A DNA stretch of 63,908 nucleotides, filler included, from Asterionella formosa (lineage: Eukaryota): NCBI GenBank assembly GCA_002256025.1. It is 11 parts of 10 records of this genome, joined end to end, with 100 filler letters (N's around TTAATTAATTAA, not from the genome) between each part and the next. Parts side by side here need not be neighbours in the genome. Positions count along the whole stretch, not along the records: positions 52,434 to 58,875 come from NKIB01012708.1; positions 58,976 to 60,865 come from NKIB01012908.1; positions 60,966 to 63,908 come from NKIB01012908.1; 8 more parts are not named here. One strand, written 5' to 3'. The first letter of the stretch is position 1. Each line of letters begins with the position of its first letter. Positions 52,489 to 63,908 of this stretch are shown piece by piece. The position numbers and the translations under genes were made by a program. The notes beneath the pieces are model-generated. The model worked only from the letters and a program-made list of their open reading frames with translations, ran no database searches and was not told the DNA's origin.

Positions 52489-53028
52489 ATGTCCACAAAA
52501 TACAATTCTTCTGTGAGTTCCAACACACTTGATGAGCCTCCTCCCCTGACATTGAAAGATTTGGCTCGACACAACCGGGTATCAAAGAATACGAAATCCT
52601 GTGACGATTCGACAGACGCTATGAATGGTTCGGAAGAATTTAATGATGACAACGGCAGTGATGTGGATGATGTTGTAACAAAGGATCGATTATCACTTTT
52701 GAGTAATGATGTGGATGATGTAGTAACAAACGATCGATTCTCGCAATTGACCGCCAGCAATCGACATTTTTCCTCCACCATGGGAATCGCTGGCGACGAT
52801 GAAGACAACGAAGATACTTCCAATCATACCTCACTCGCGGCGAATAATACAGATGACGATAGCGTCACATTTTCTTCTTATAGAGGAATGTACGTCAAGT
52901 TAAACATTTCCGATGATGACGAAGATGTTCCTTTTACCACTAGGCGAAATAAAAGAGAAGATATGAGGACGTCGCAAGTCGACTCGACCAGAGTTTTTGC
53001 TGATAATGATTCGGACTATCAGCTTTGA
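52489..53028 (+). CDS. Hypothetical acidic low-complexity protein (possibly the 3' part of a gene)
   Basis: Open frame of ~180 aa with internal duplication DVDDVVTKDRLS / DVDDVVTNDRFS. No domain recognised. Confidence 0.5.
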   Translation: MSTKYNSSVSSNTLDEPPPLTLKDLARHNRVSKNTKSCDDSTDAMNGSEEFNDDNGSDVDDVVTKDRLSLLSNDVDDVVTNDRFSQLTASNRHFSSTMGIAGDDEDNEDTSNHTSLAANNTDDDSVTFSSYRGMYVKLNISDDDEDVPFTTRRNKREDMRTSQVDSTRVFADNDSDYQL

Positions 53029-53310
53029 CCGTTTCATACAACGAAGTCTATCGGTATTAATTATCCCCATTGTGTATTGTTGCGCCCTCCCAATTTTCTA
53101 ACCATGGGTTCATTTTCTCAATATTTTGAGATTCATTGGTTGCTGAGTTGTCACCAGTGTGCCCAATCGATAATTAAGTGTAGAAAAGAATACATTCGCA
53201 AAAAGGAGGGATAGCTAGTACAGTCTATGTTCAGCAAGTTTCGTCCTAATGATACCAGTGATGTGAAACCTCCACAGATAACAACACTAATACTATTAGG
53301 CTACTCATAA

Positions 53311-54417
53311 TTATTCTGATTGTTTAATAGCAATGTTCTTCTTGACTAATGCTACCCAATCTTCATCTTGCTGCTCTGTCAACACAAGAGGATAGTATTC
53401 TGGAGGCAATTTGCTTTCATTTTCACCGTCACAATCTTTATTGACAATTCCTTTTTCTCCACCCAACGACTGGAAACATCCGATACCAGAAAACAAATGT
53501 GCATGCTCAGGTAATGCCGAAACCGCTGGATTGATAAAGACCATCATTGTGGTCCATATATGTTGCGCATTGTAAGGCTCGTCCTCCACAATAATGGAGG
53601 CAGTCTTATTTTCTTGTTCTTTTGAAGCTATGCCCTGAATTTCCAATGACATTTCTTCAGAGTATTGAAAGCCATACATTTGCATCTTGCGAATCCACCA
53701 TTTTGTTGTGTGCACTTCGACATGATGCCATCCTCCCCAATTGGAGTGCGTTGCAAAGATCAAGGCCGACTTGCGAAACACGGGCAAGTAATTCTGATGA
53801 AAGTTGACCCCCACATGTTCCAAGAATTCCACACACCACACTGCGTCTTGGGTCTTGGCAGGCCACCAAGGACCTCTTGAAAAGTCATGCTCAATTACCC
53901 GTTCTATTGGCATCATGGTTTGTAGTACAGCATCATGGGAACCCTCCACACAGGTGGCATCGACCCCATGAGTCAAGAACCAACTAGTGCTAATGCCCCG
54001 TCCACAGCCCAAATCGATCAATGTCTTGATGCCATAATCTTGCACCATGGCTTTCCACACGGCAGGGGAAATGCCCTGCAAATCAATATCTGTAAACCCT
54101 CCTAAATGCACCTTGTCGCCTTTACCACCGTAGACTACATGGGCCGTAGTTCGAGATGTTTCCACCTTGCTGTCGTCAACGCGGATCGACGGCAGATTCG
54201 GCGTGGTGCCTTGTGGAATCGCCAATGAATAATCGTAGGCGCCAGAGGATGAAGCGCCATCAGATTGGAGCAAGGCGAAGTGCTCAAGTGTAGCATCATT
54301 TTCGTTGAATCTGTAGATGAAGAGTGCCAATAGGAAAGCCAAGAGGAGCACTGTGAATCCAAGGAATGATGATGGCTTGGAGTGGCCATGGGCTTTGGAT
54401 GACTTAATTGGTGCCAT
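53311..54417 (-). CDS. Type II membrane class I SAM-dependent methyltransferase-like protein
   Basis: Short basic N-tail + single TM (FLGFTVLLLAFLLALFIY); motif I LIDLGCGRG; HDFSRG; VWCVEFLEHV. Intact 368 aa. Confidence 0.8.
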   Translation of the reverse strand: MAPIKSSKAHGHSKPSSFLGFTVLLLAFLLALFIYRFNENDATLEHFALLQSDGASSSGAYDYSLAIPQGTTPNLPSIRVDDSKVETSRTTAHVVYGGKGDKVHLGGFTDIDLQGISPAVWKAMVQDYGIKTLIDLGCGRGISTSWFLTHGVDATCVEGSHDAVLQTMMPIERVIEHDFSRGPWWPAKTQDAVWCVEFLEHVGVNFHQNYLPVFRKSALIFATHSNWGGWHHVEVHTTKWWIRKMQMYGFQYSEEMSLEIQGIASKEQENKTASIIVEDEPYNAQHIWTTMMVFINPAVSALPEHAHLFSGIGCFQSLGGEKGIVNKDCDGENESKLPPEYYPLVLTEQQDEDWVALVKKNIAIKQSE

Positions 54418-55489
54418 TTTCGAGTCTTCGTCACAGAGATTTGATGGAATTGGTCAGGTGCAAGTTCAAGAAGTAACTACTATTAGCGGTATGTACTACC
54501 TGATGGTGTCTTTCAATGCAACAACGCCTGATTGTCTCGAATTTGGTTGCTCGCAGACTGATGTTGTGTTGTGTGCAGTTTGAGTCGGAACGAGTAGAAT
54601 GGATAATAATCACTACCGGGATAATACATGAATGTCTGATTCACGAGTATATGCCGGAAGACTACTTGCATTGCACGCGGTACTTAATAATAATTAAGCC
54701 ACCGCTATGACGATTTATAGTTAGGAAGAGAAAGATATACTTATGTTCTTGTCACGGCGGAGTTGTTATGATTTACATAGCGAGTAAATACGTACTGACT
54801 TGTACATGTGTATTGTTGCATTGTGCTTGTAAGTTGTTAACTACAGTGGAAACACCCTATAAGATACACTCCCTATAGGATACACCCTCTCTATAAGATT
54901 CACTTTTCTCAATGTAGCGCCCCCAATTTGGAAATCACCATTGACCCAAACCAAATCCCAAAAACTTATTTTGGATTGGTTTAGGTTTTGGTCAGACTGA
55001 CGCAAAAACGATGCTATCAGTTTTTGGGAAATCCTAAATGCTGTCAGCCACCCATCTACTGTGATGTAGGATGACAAAATTATTATTAAAAAAGTAAAAT
55101 ATTTCTATTAGACTACTTTTATAAATCAAATATTATGATTCCTATTTGGGAATTAGTTTGTTCTTCCCGCAATTTGAGTGACGCTGCTGTCTTCTCATCC
55201 AACACACCGGTACTATGTACTATAGTGTCGTAAATATATACTCCGAACACATACTACCAGGTACACGACAACAGCAGCAAGCACTGCATAACAACATCTG
55301 TCAATTGCCACTCCTCCTCAACCATGGCACCAGCACCCCTTCCAGCCAAGAAAGTTCTTTCTCCCTCTGCATGGCAAAAGGAGTTGCAACGAACTGTTGC
55401 TATTGCTGTTGCTGTTGCTGTTCTAGACAAGGTATCAGGAGCAAAAACTATGACAATCAAAAATCTTCAGAATAAAATATAATTATTTT

Positions 55490-57705
55490 ATCATGGCGAT
55501 CCATCTGTGAAAGGAAGCATTGGATATTTGGAGTCTCTGCTGAGGAGGGGAATGGGTCAGTTTGAAGACCTTAGGAGTACTAGAGAGGAGCTGAATACAA
55601 ACCTCCCAGGAAATGCAGATCGTGTTTCTGCCTTTGATTTGGTCTTAAAAGATTGCTACTCCCGTGATTCTCAAAACAGACATGTTGTTGGCTCCCAATT
55701 CACTTCAAGATCTCTTGCAGGCACTGCAATGAAAAATATGACTACTTTAATTACTGGTTGAACTCTTTTGAAGATGGCTCCTCAGCATGCCCTGCTGAAT
55801 TGGAAGAAAGCCTTAGTATTTGGTTCGCAAATTTTTACTTCCTGATGGCACTTTGCCTTCTGGGAACAATGTTGAAGACTATGACAACCGTTTATTAAAT
55901 CATATGTATCGATATCTGAAGGGTCAAAGCAGCTACAGTGACCCAGCTCAGGATGAGGATGACGAGGAGGAGGAAATCATGGGTGCCGCTATGGCATTTC
56001 GAATGACGATGTTGGAATGCCTGTGAATTATTATTTTCATGGCTGGATTCGATACAAATTGTTTGGACCATTTGCTAGAGATGAATTCAAGTCTATTCTC
56101 TTGCTAACAAAGGATTGTGTCTTTAAGAATGGCAAGAAAGAATCTGCAGGCTGTGCATCAGCAGCTCGAAAATTGGTTGCAGAGGAACGAAGTGTCAGTC
56201 ATTCTGATATGTCAATTGATTGCTCCATTGGAAGTAGAGGCCAGCTGAAAGTTGAGGACTCTTTAGTAGAAGCAGCAAAACTGGCTATATTGGAAGATTT
56301 GATTAAAAATGCAATTGTGGGAAATTCATTGTTTGGTCTCAGGCAATCTGCTGCATGCAGCCACTTGTAATCGGATGAAAGGTCTTCTGCAACAACAGGC
56401 TACTAGATACCCATTGGAACATATTATTTTTGCAAACATCCAAACCAAGTTTGATAAGTTAGATGGAGAAATGGAATCTATTACATATTAGATTGACAGT
56501 CTGTCTCACTCAGAGAACCAGAAAACGTGAAAATTTTGTAGATAAGCATTTCTCAAAGAAGAGTAGAGTCATGCCATGATCATGTCGTCCGTTGTCAGAT
56601 GATATTCCCCGCTCAAGCCCCCTCTCACCTGTGAATGGCTTGGCTATAATTAATGTGACTTCTAAAACTCAGCAGATAGCTAGGTGAAATTGTGTCGCCT
56701 GTTGCAAGGCGAGATCCAAGTGGCAATTGGGATGAACTGGTGGCCAGTAATCTAATTTAGTTTATGCTCATACTATCATACTATTTTTCTTGTAGCTTCT
56801 AAATAGATAATGTTATGTTTTAGGGATGATCAATTGCATTTCGAAGTGATGACCAAATTGTTTTGTTTCCATAAAATGTCAATATGTTCAATGAGATTAC
56901 TCTTAAAGAACTGTAAACTTAAATGCCAGAGAACTCGAACAGTATTAACATTCTTTGTTAGCACTTCAATATTGAAGTTGTCATTTGGATCCGGCACTAA
57001 ATTTCGAATTGCATTAGAAATTTTTCCATCACCATCATTACAGGGACCCATTCCAGAGGTATCAATTGCTTGCAAGCTGGATAATCCAAGGAGCACAGGT
57101 CTTGCAACTGCATTTAGCCTTTGAAAAGCAAAAGTTGCTCCATCTCCATTTAATTGGCCTAATGATCCTTCCCAGTCACTTAAAAAAAATTTTGCCAATG
57201 CAGGTCTAAGCCATCAATATCAAGTAAAATGTTATGGAATGCGCAACATGTTAGCCACACCTTGACAGGTTCTGTTACTCCATGTATTTGGATGCCTGAT
57301 TTTAAAATCTTCCAACGTCCCTTGAGTATCATTCCAAAGGTACATTCTTGTTTCACATCTTTTCTAAGTGTCGCCAGCCATTCAGACCATCTAAGTTCTT
57401 TTTATTTTCCTGGATTTTTGGTTGGAGGCACTGTTGTAAACCATTTTAGATATGAATTGTCAACTATCAAAAAGCATCCACTATACTTTATGGATACAAC
57501 TGATCCATTCCGATCTTTTCATTAAGCTCAAACTCCACATCTTCACCATTCTGGATGCCTCGAGCAAAATTTTCAAAGTTGATTAATACTTTTTCATTCC
57601 ATCGACAAGGATGCCCTGTGGTACTAGACAGGATCCTCCGGCAATGATTCACAGTAGCATTATAAGTCCTGTCCTCTGTACAAGGAAGTTATGATGATAT
57701 ACGGG
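55490..57705. pseudogene. Decayed PIF/Harbinger-like element: + strand accessory ORF (~55490-56570) convergent with - strand DDE_Tnp_4 transposase (~56760-57705)
   Basis: Minus strand reads ..RWSEWLATLRKDVKQECTFGMILKGRWKILKSGIQIHG..KVWLTCCAFHNILLDIDGL. Interrupted at 57706 by a TIR element. Confidence 0.7.
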
Positions 57706-58875
57706 CATCTGCAAATAAAAAGTATCATGCATATAGGATCAAGGTTACTATCGTACGCTAGTAGCTAAGTGGCACAGGACTTTCATATAGATGATAGTTT
57801 TCGGATCAAAATTATGAACAATGTATTCTACAAATATGATGATTTGTTAATATTTTACCAAACTTGAAGTATGATAATAAGAACATTATCATCATACAAT
57901 GTATATAAACTGATCAACAACATTTCTCATCAATATAATAAACCTTCTCATTTTATTTTTACTTCTCGTGATCACCAAATTTAAAATGTTACTACAACGC
58001 ATCATCCTAAAATTAGCTAAACTCTATGCTTTCATGTGAATTTTTTCATCGTATATCTATCTTAAACATGATCATAATTCTAATCAAAAAAATTGTTCAA
58101 AATAGGTCTCAATGTATATTCCTGGCTCACCCTTTCCTTCCTCTATTCTAAATCTTGTGCCAGACAGTGCCTAATTTCGCGTCTCTTTCCCTACTGTTGG
58201 TGTCACTCTGAACTCGCCCACTCTTCCTTTGTTTGATTGGTTTTATTTTCCTTTGATGATGCAGTTACAGTTTCAATGGGAAGGAATGACTTGTTAGCTA
58301 GTCATGTTACACTGACATAACACCATGCAATTCCATTGTATCCTCTTGCTTCAACAAATCAAAGCAACTTATGCATATGTCTGTAAAAGTAAATTGTCAG
58401 TCAATTCTTGAATAAGTAAATATCAGCCAGGTATCCAATGTTGTCAAATAAACTTACCGGTTCATTTTCTTTAGCTAGCTTAACTTTGAAACGAAGGAAA
58501 ACGTGCGCGTCAGTTATATTCCAACAGAAGTGAATAGGTACAATGACAAGAGCTGTCAGTCAATTCTTGAGAAAGTAAGTTTCAAGTATCCAATGTTTTT
58601 GTTGAATAAAACTTACTTTGCTTTCATGTGAATTGTTTCTCTGTTGGTGTAAAATCTTGGTGTGGTTTCTGAGGTTTTGGGTAGCCATTCTTTCCAGAAT
58701 TGGTGAACAACATAGTGGCAGTGTGTGGTATAACTCTGCCGCTATTGCCGGAGACATCATCGGAACCTGGTAGTAACAAGCACTTTATCATATGCCAAAA
58801 TGGTTTTACATTTGGCAGATCCAGCTTTGAATATTTTAAGCGGTCAGTATAATCCTTGAAAGGAAATACTCACAT
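57706..58875 (-). mobile_element. Right end (inverted) of a CATCTGCAAATAAAAA-TIR element
   Basis: 57706-58110 is the reverse complement homologue of 60240-60641. Internal duplication 58395-58458 / 58554-58617. Confidence 0.7.
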
Positions 58876-59448
58876 NNNNNNNNNNNNNNNNNNNNNNNNN
58901 NNNNNNNNNNNNNNNNNNNTTAATTAATTAANNNNNNNNNNNNNNNNNNNNNNNNNNNNNNNNNNNNNNNNNNNNTACATATGTACTGATGATAGTACCT
59001 ATCTTCCATTTATCCTTCGGGTAACTGCAAGTTGCAGTAATTTTGCTCCTTCATGTTATTCATTCCCAGAACTGACAGATCGATTACTTCCTGACTCTAA
59101 ATGATCCATTCAGAGATCAAAGTTTGATACTTTTAATGGTTGGCACACATTGAAAATCAACATGAATGGCTGTGGTGGACAAAAGTTTGGTCTTTCAGAT
59201 AGTACTGTTGGTAAAAAGTAGTTAAGGACAATTTTAGTTTAAGCAATTTCAATCTACGACTTTAAGCAAATCAACTTTAAAACAATCTCTGCCTTGCTTT
59301 GCTTATCTACTAGCTAACAGTAATCCATTTTGCTGAAGATTATAGCCATTTCAACTCCTAGAAGGAGGTAGGTGTGTGCATGTGTGATACTACTAAGAGG
59401 GCAAAGCTTGTTACAATGGGGACTTATGGTATATTGAGTAGTAACCTA

Positions 59449-59655
59449 GGGAATCATGGCTTAATGGCTGGTATACATGAATAGCACGTTGCCTTTGATC
59501 TGATGTTGTGAGGTTCGATTCCCACAATTCTTTGGAGAAGCAATCATTGTTGGGTTCGACTCCCAAACTCCCCCCCCCCGGAGTCACCTATGCTAACAAA
59601 ATTATTAGGGAAGCTTAGGTCTTCTCAGCAGGTAGCACAATTGAAGACTTGCCAG
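59449..59655 (+). mobile_element. tRNA-derived SINE-like repeat, copy 2
   Basis: tggcttaatgg A-box, gcctttgatctga, ggttcgattccc B-box, second gggttcgactccc. Homologous to 12402-12715. Confidence 0.6.
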
Positions 59656-59874
59656 GAAATAGGGGAGTAAGAATGGGCTAGTATATACCTGCCCAGCATT
59701 ACCGTGGCGTGTTACATAACAAGACGAATTCTAAACAGGAGTATACGGAGAAACAGAATCCAGAATCAGCTTGGATGTAATTCTTGATGTCGAAATTTAT
59801 CATCACATCATCAGAAACTAGATTGCTGGTATGATGCAAGTCTCACATGCAGTATGCATACTATCGGTCCTGTA

Positions 59875-60865
59875 GGAATATCATCTCATGAGTATGTGAA
59901 TACTACACAAACATGTAACAAAGGAGTTTTGTGGGCTCCTGTATATAGCTAGAATACAGAAATGATCACTGGTCTACCAACGTCTGCAAATAAAAACTAA
60001 CATATTACCATGATGCATCATAGGATTGTGATCAGCCCATCTGATCATAATTTTTCGTTATATGACACTAACAGCAGGGAGAGAGACGAAGCACTGCTTG
60101 GCACAAGATTCAGAATAGAGGAAGAAAAGGGCGAGACAGGAACAATATACATTGAGCCGAGTAGAGAGAGAAACGTTGGGTCGCTGGCCTGTAGAATCAT
60201 AGATAGCATTGCTAAATTTGATAGTTAAATTACAATCTATTTCAATCTATTTTGAACGATGGTTTTGATTAGAATTATGATCATACTTAAGATAGTAGAT
60301 ATACGATAAAACAATTCACATGATAGAATAGAGTTAGCTGATTTAATGATGCGTTGTAGTAATAATTTACATTTGGCGATCACGAGAAGTGAAAAAAATA
60401 TGAGTTTTATGATATTCATGAGAAATGTTGTTGATCAGTTGATATAGAACTACATTGTGTGATGATAATGTTCTTATTATCATTATACTTCAAGGTCCAT
60501 AAAATATAAATAAATCATCATAGTTATAGGATACCTTGATCATAGTTTTGATCCAAAAATTATCATAGATACGAAAATCCTGTGCCACTTAGCGTACGAC
60601 ACCCTTGATCCTATATGCATGATACTTTTTACTTGCAGTCGAAAACTATATGCTCCATAAGCTTATCATCACATGGTAAGTGAATTCTACACATACATGT
60701 AACAAAGGAGTTATGTGGGCTCCAGTATATACTAGAATACGGAAATAGTCACTGGTCTACCAAAACTATATGTTCCATAGTAGGCTTATCATCACATGAG
60801 TACACACATGTGATGATTGCGTCATCATTCATGTTCCTGTATATAGAATATGGAAATGATCACAC
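59875..60865 (+). repeat. Tandem repeat of ~120 bp units, interrupted by the TIR element
   Basis: acatgtaacaaaggagtt.tgtgggctcc.gtatat..ctagaatac.gaaat..tcactggtctacc at 59911-59978 and 60695-60761; partial third unit. Confidence 0.8.
59981..60641 (+). mobile_element. Complete 661-bp non-autonomous TIR element (CMC/CACTA-like), 2-bp TSD AA
   Basis: TIRs cgtctgcaaataaaaa / tttttacttgcagtcg. The empty site ctaccaaaactata is preserved in the adjacent repeat unit (60757-60770). Confidence 0.8.
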
Positions 60866-61169
60866 NNNNNNNNNNNNNNNNNNNNNNNNNNNNNNNNNNN
60901 NNNNNNNNNTTAATTAATTAANNNNNNNNNNNNNNNNNNNNNNNNNNNNNNNNNNNNNNNNNNNNTACATAGAGTTAGGGGTTTTGCTAAAACTAGGCCT
61001 AACATGGGGCCTACTTCATGGCCCCAAAATTTGCACCCAGCCATATGACAATTAAATGGGAATGAACTGAAGTTCAGACTTCAGTCGAAAAACCGGCCTA
61101 ATGTGCGTTTGTCTGTCCGAACATTAAGAAGCGCCGAAGTGTCCTGTACGATAGTACTGGTACCAGGTA

Positions 61170-63908
61170 CTCCCTCCATCCGAAAATAGGTGCATCGATT
61201 ATCGTAACCCTCATTGCCAAGCAGCTTATTTTAGCACGGATTATGTATTCTACATACCAATTTTCAATGTGAGGGTCGGCTTACTCGAAAATATGCGTTT
61301 TTTATGCGTTACATAGACATAACATATAGTCTGTTTTTGTAATTAAATATTTAGCATCTAAATAAAATTAATCGAAAGCAATTTGACATACATATATACA
61401 TTGGGTACATGTTTTATCAAACAATGCTAATGCATTGATTCTTCTAGTATTATTTTATCTACTTCTTCCATCATCATTATTGGCATCGTCAAAATGAATG
61501 TTGACAATAACAACGTGCCCATTCATGATGGTCAGGTCCTAGGCTTGATGGCAAGCAATAAAGGGCACAGCTTTGCCCATCATCGTTATTGCGGATTAAC
61601 TGTGAAAGTTGGATTAGGGGTCTATTTTAATTGATGTACAGTGCTGGACGAGGTCCTAAAAGAACTCGAGGATGCAATCCAGGTGACGATGAACTGTGAC
61701 CTCCATCCAGAAGTTCAAAGGTGCAGAGTTGGATATCTTTCCAGAAGAATTGCTCAGGACACATTCAAGGCAAGGAATTATGTTCATCGCACTGCAGTAG
61801 TTATTGAACTGCTAAAAAACTCTAAGGAGCGAAAGAAAAAAAGAATGAATATGCGAGGTTATGGATTTGCGCTATTTACGTTCCTTGATGAAATTTTCAA
61901 GATTGAAGATGCTATTAAGGAGGAGGAGTTCATCGAAATAGATGATCACCAGTTAGATAATAGCAATTCTACTGATGTGTAGTAGATAAAATAATAGACT
62001 TACTATTCAGTTGAAGATCAAAATTACAATAGATGTACTCCAAATAGCACTGCATTTATATATAAATAAAAATATTAAAAAGGAGGAATGTCTGTCAATC
62101 CAATGCAGCCATAGTTGCGCCGGCAATGAAAAATCCCTTATCTGCACACTCTATTATTAGAACTCTTCATCGAGAAATGTGCCAGCAAATTCAATTGCTG
62201 CTTCCCTTGCAGATATCCTATCCGGAAGCAATCCCACCAGATCTAAAGCTGCCTCTCCCATGTGCGGTATATCATCATAGTTATTATCGCCATTCACCAA
62301 ATGATTTCCTTCATGCAACCCNNNNNNNNNNNNNNNNNNNNNNNNNNNNNNNNNNNNNNNNNNNNNNNNNNNNNNNNNNNNNNNNNNNNNNNNNNNNNNN
62401 NNNNNNNNNNNNNNNNNNNNNNNNNNNNNNNNNNNNNNNNNNNNNNNNNNNNNNNNNNNNNNNNNNNNNNNNNNNNNNNNNNNNNNNNNNNNNNNNNNNN
62501 NNNNNNNNNNNNNNNNNNNNNNNNNNNNNNNNNNNNNNNNNNNNNNNNNNNNNNNNNNNNNNNNNNNNNNNNNNNNNNNNNNNNNNNNNNNNNNNNNNNN
62601 NNNNNNNNNNNNNNNNNNNNNNNNNNNNNNNNNNNNNNNNNNNNNNNNNNNNNNNNNNNNNNNNNNNNNNNNNNNNNNNNNNNNNNNNNNNNNNNNNNNN
62701 NNNNNNNNNNNNNNNNNNNNNNNNNNNGTAGATATATTCGTTTGTTGTCATCGGGCCAATTCTCTTTATTCACAGCCAGCCAGGCAAAACATGATTGTTC
62801 ACAATCATGTCAGCATATGTCTGCATGGTAACTGGAAGGGATTTTGTTTCCATTGTCCCTGCTGGTCGATAAGTAGAAGTCCTTTGGGCTGCCTTTTGGT
62901 GAACAAATGGCCAAATACCAATTTTACCGTCAAACACACTCACTTTGCTGTCATCGAAACGCAGACGGGCTACAGCAGAAACAAGGAACATAACCTCTTC
63001 GATATGATCTTTATGTCTTGTTTGCCATGTGGGAGCCTCCTCTCTGTGAGCCAGATATATCTTTTTCCTCTGCAACAAAAAACCACTTTTGATCTACATG
63101 GACCTGGTCGTAGAAGCCAACATGATATCCAAACAGTCCCAGGTCGAAGTCAATGTCAGGGGAAGGATTTTCTTGATCTGGATGGTTTAACTGTAAATGA
63201 TTAACACAATAGTCTACATGAAACGACTAATCTTACCCTCCTCCGAAAGCTTCGGTTTCAGCACACTTGAGTGCGGTCGTAATACATCCCTTCTATTATC
63301 AAAGACTGTTGACTTCGGAAGGGCAAATGCAGCTGCTAACTTACGATAACAAGTACTACGCTTGCAATATGGGATATCTGCAATTGCTGTAATTATTTCC
63401 TCACGATTATATTTGAGAGGACGCCCGGCCAAGAATTTGCGGGAAGGCAACAATGCAAACATGTCAGTATCACCATTATAATTGGATTCGAGCGCACAGT
63501 TCCAAATACATTGTATAGTTCTTTTTATCAACTTTGAACCAGCCCACCAAATATTTAAAGGTTCCATGCACTCAAATGAGCCAACCATCAATTTTGTCAT
63601 CTCCATCTGGTCCTCTTTTGAGGCTCCGTAAACCATAATCCAACACAAGTTGATGGTCTTCTGGTGTTAGATCCCTTCTCATATGCTTGTTGAGAAGATG
63701 TGGTAGCAAAAAAATGGGGGGTCAGGCATCTTGATTTTGCTCGAGAGGAGCAAAAGTGGAAATCGAAAAAGCCCAAAAACGTTGTTCTCAAATGTAGTTG
63801 CCAATTTTTATTTTTCTATATATTATTTAAGCAAGCCGCACAATTGGGCAATTGAGACGGAGAATATCGTAGGAGTCAAAATGGCCCCGGAGAAATTTGA
63901 AAAATCGA
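61170..63908 (-). mobile_element. Mariner-like (plant/oomycete DD39D-type) DNA transposon, decayed; probably extends past the window
   Basis: TA|CTCCCTCCATCC Stowaway-type TIR at 61170. Transposase remnants ~62150-63700: GRPLKY, HVDQKWFF, VMFLVSAVARLRFD..FDGKIGIWPFV..AAQRTSTYRPAGTMETK. Confidence 0.82.
61494..61982 (+). pseudogene. Passenger ORF inside the mariner element, HIRAN-like, frameshifted
   Basis: VLGLMASNKGHSFAHHRYCG..EDAIQV..CRVGYLSRRIA, acidic tail. Confidence 0.4.

Noticed and set aside
62126..62831. Long ORFs in the track
   Set aside because: Artefacts of reading through the N gap at 62322-62727.

Overview
Eukaryotic nuclear DNA, most likely a diatom: it has a bipartite plastid presequence, short GT-AG introns and a CoDi-type Ty1/copia element. 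The window is not contiguous. It is 11 size-sorted contigs (mostly ~6.45 kb) joined by artificial 100-nt N-TTAATTAATTAA-N spacers, so adjacency across spacers is meaningless. Intact genes: a head-to-head pair of atypical V-ATPase proteolipid c subunits, an intronless LarB-family (nickel-pincer cofactor) gene with a mitochondrial-type presequence, RRN3, a C1-domain/glycine-zipper/VPS9 protein, plastid transketolase, a GONST-like nucleotide-sugar transporter, a SpoU methyltransferase and a type II membrane SAM-methyltransferase. Probable glutaredoxin and annexin 5' ends are cut by contig ends. The rest is transposon-rich: a full-length decayed copia element with LTRs and TSD, pogo-, mariner- and Harbinger-like remnants, a nested C-terminated TIR family, MITE-like hairpins and a tRNA-derived SINE-like repeat. 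Top leads: (1) the copia element has no tRNA PBS but a 12-nt PBS complementary to its own LTR (Tf1-like self-priming geometry); (2) a eukaryote-embedded, organelle-targeted LarB; (3) paired V-ATPase c paralogues with acidic loop insertions; (4) GGTACC-palindrome clusters upstream of most genes. All calls come from motif recognition by eye; no searches were run.
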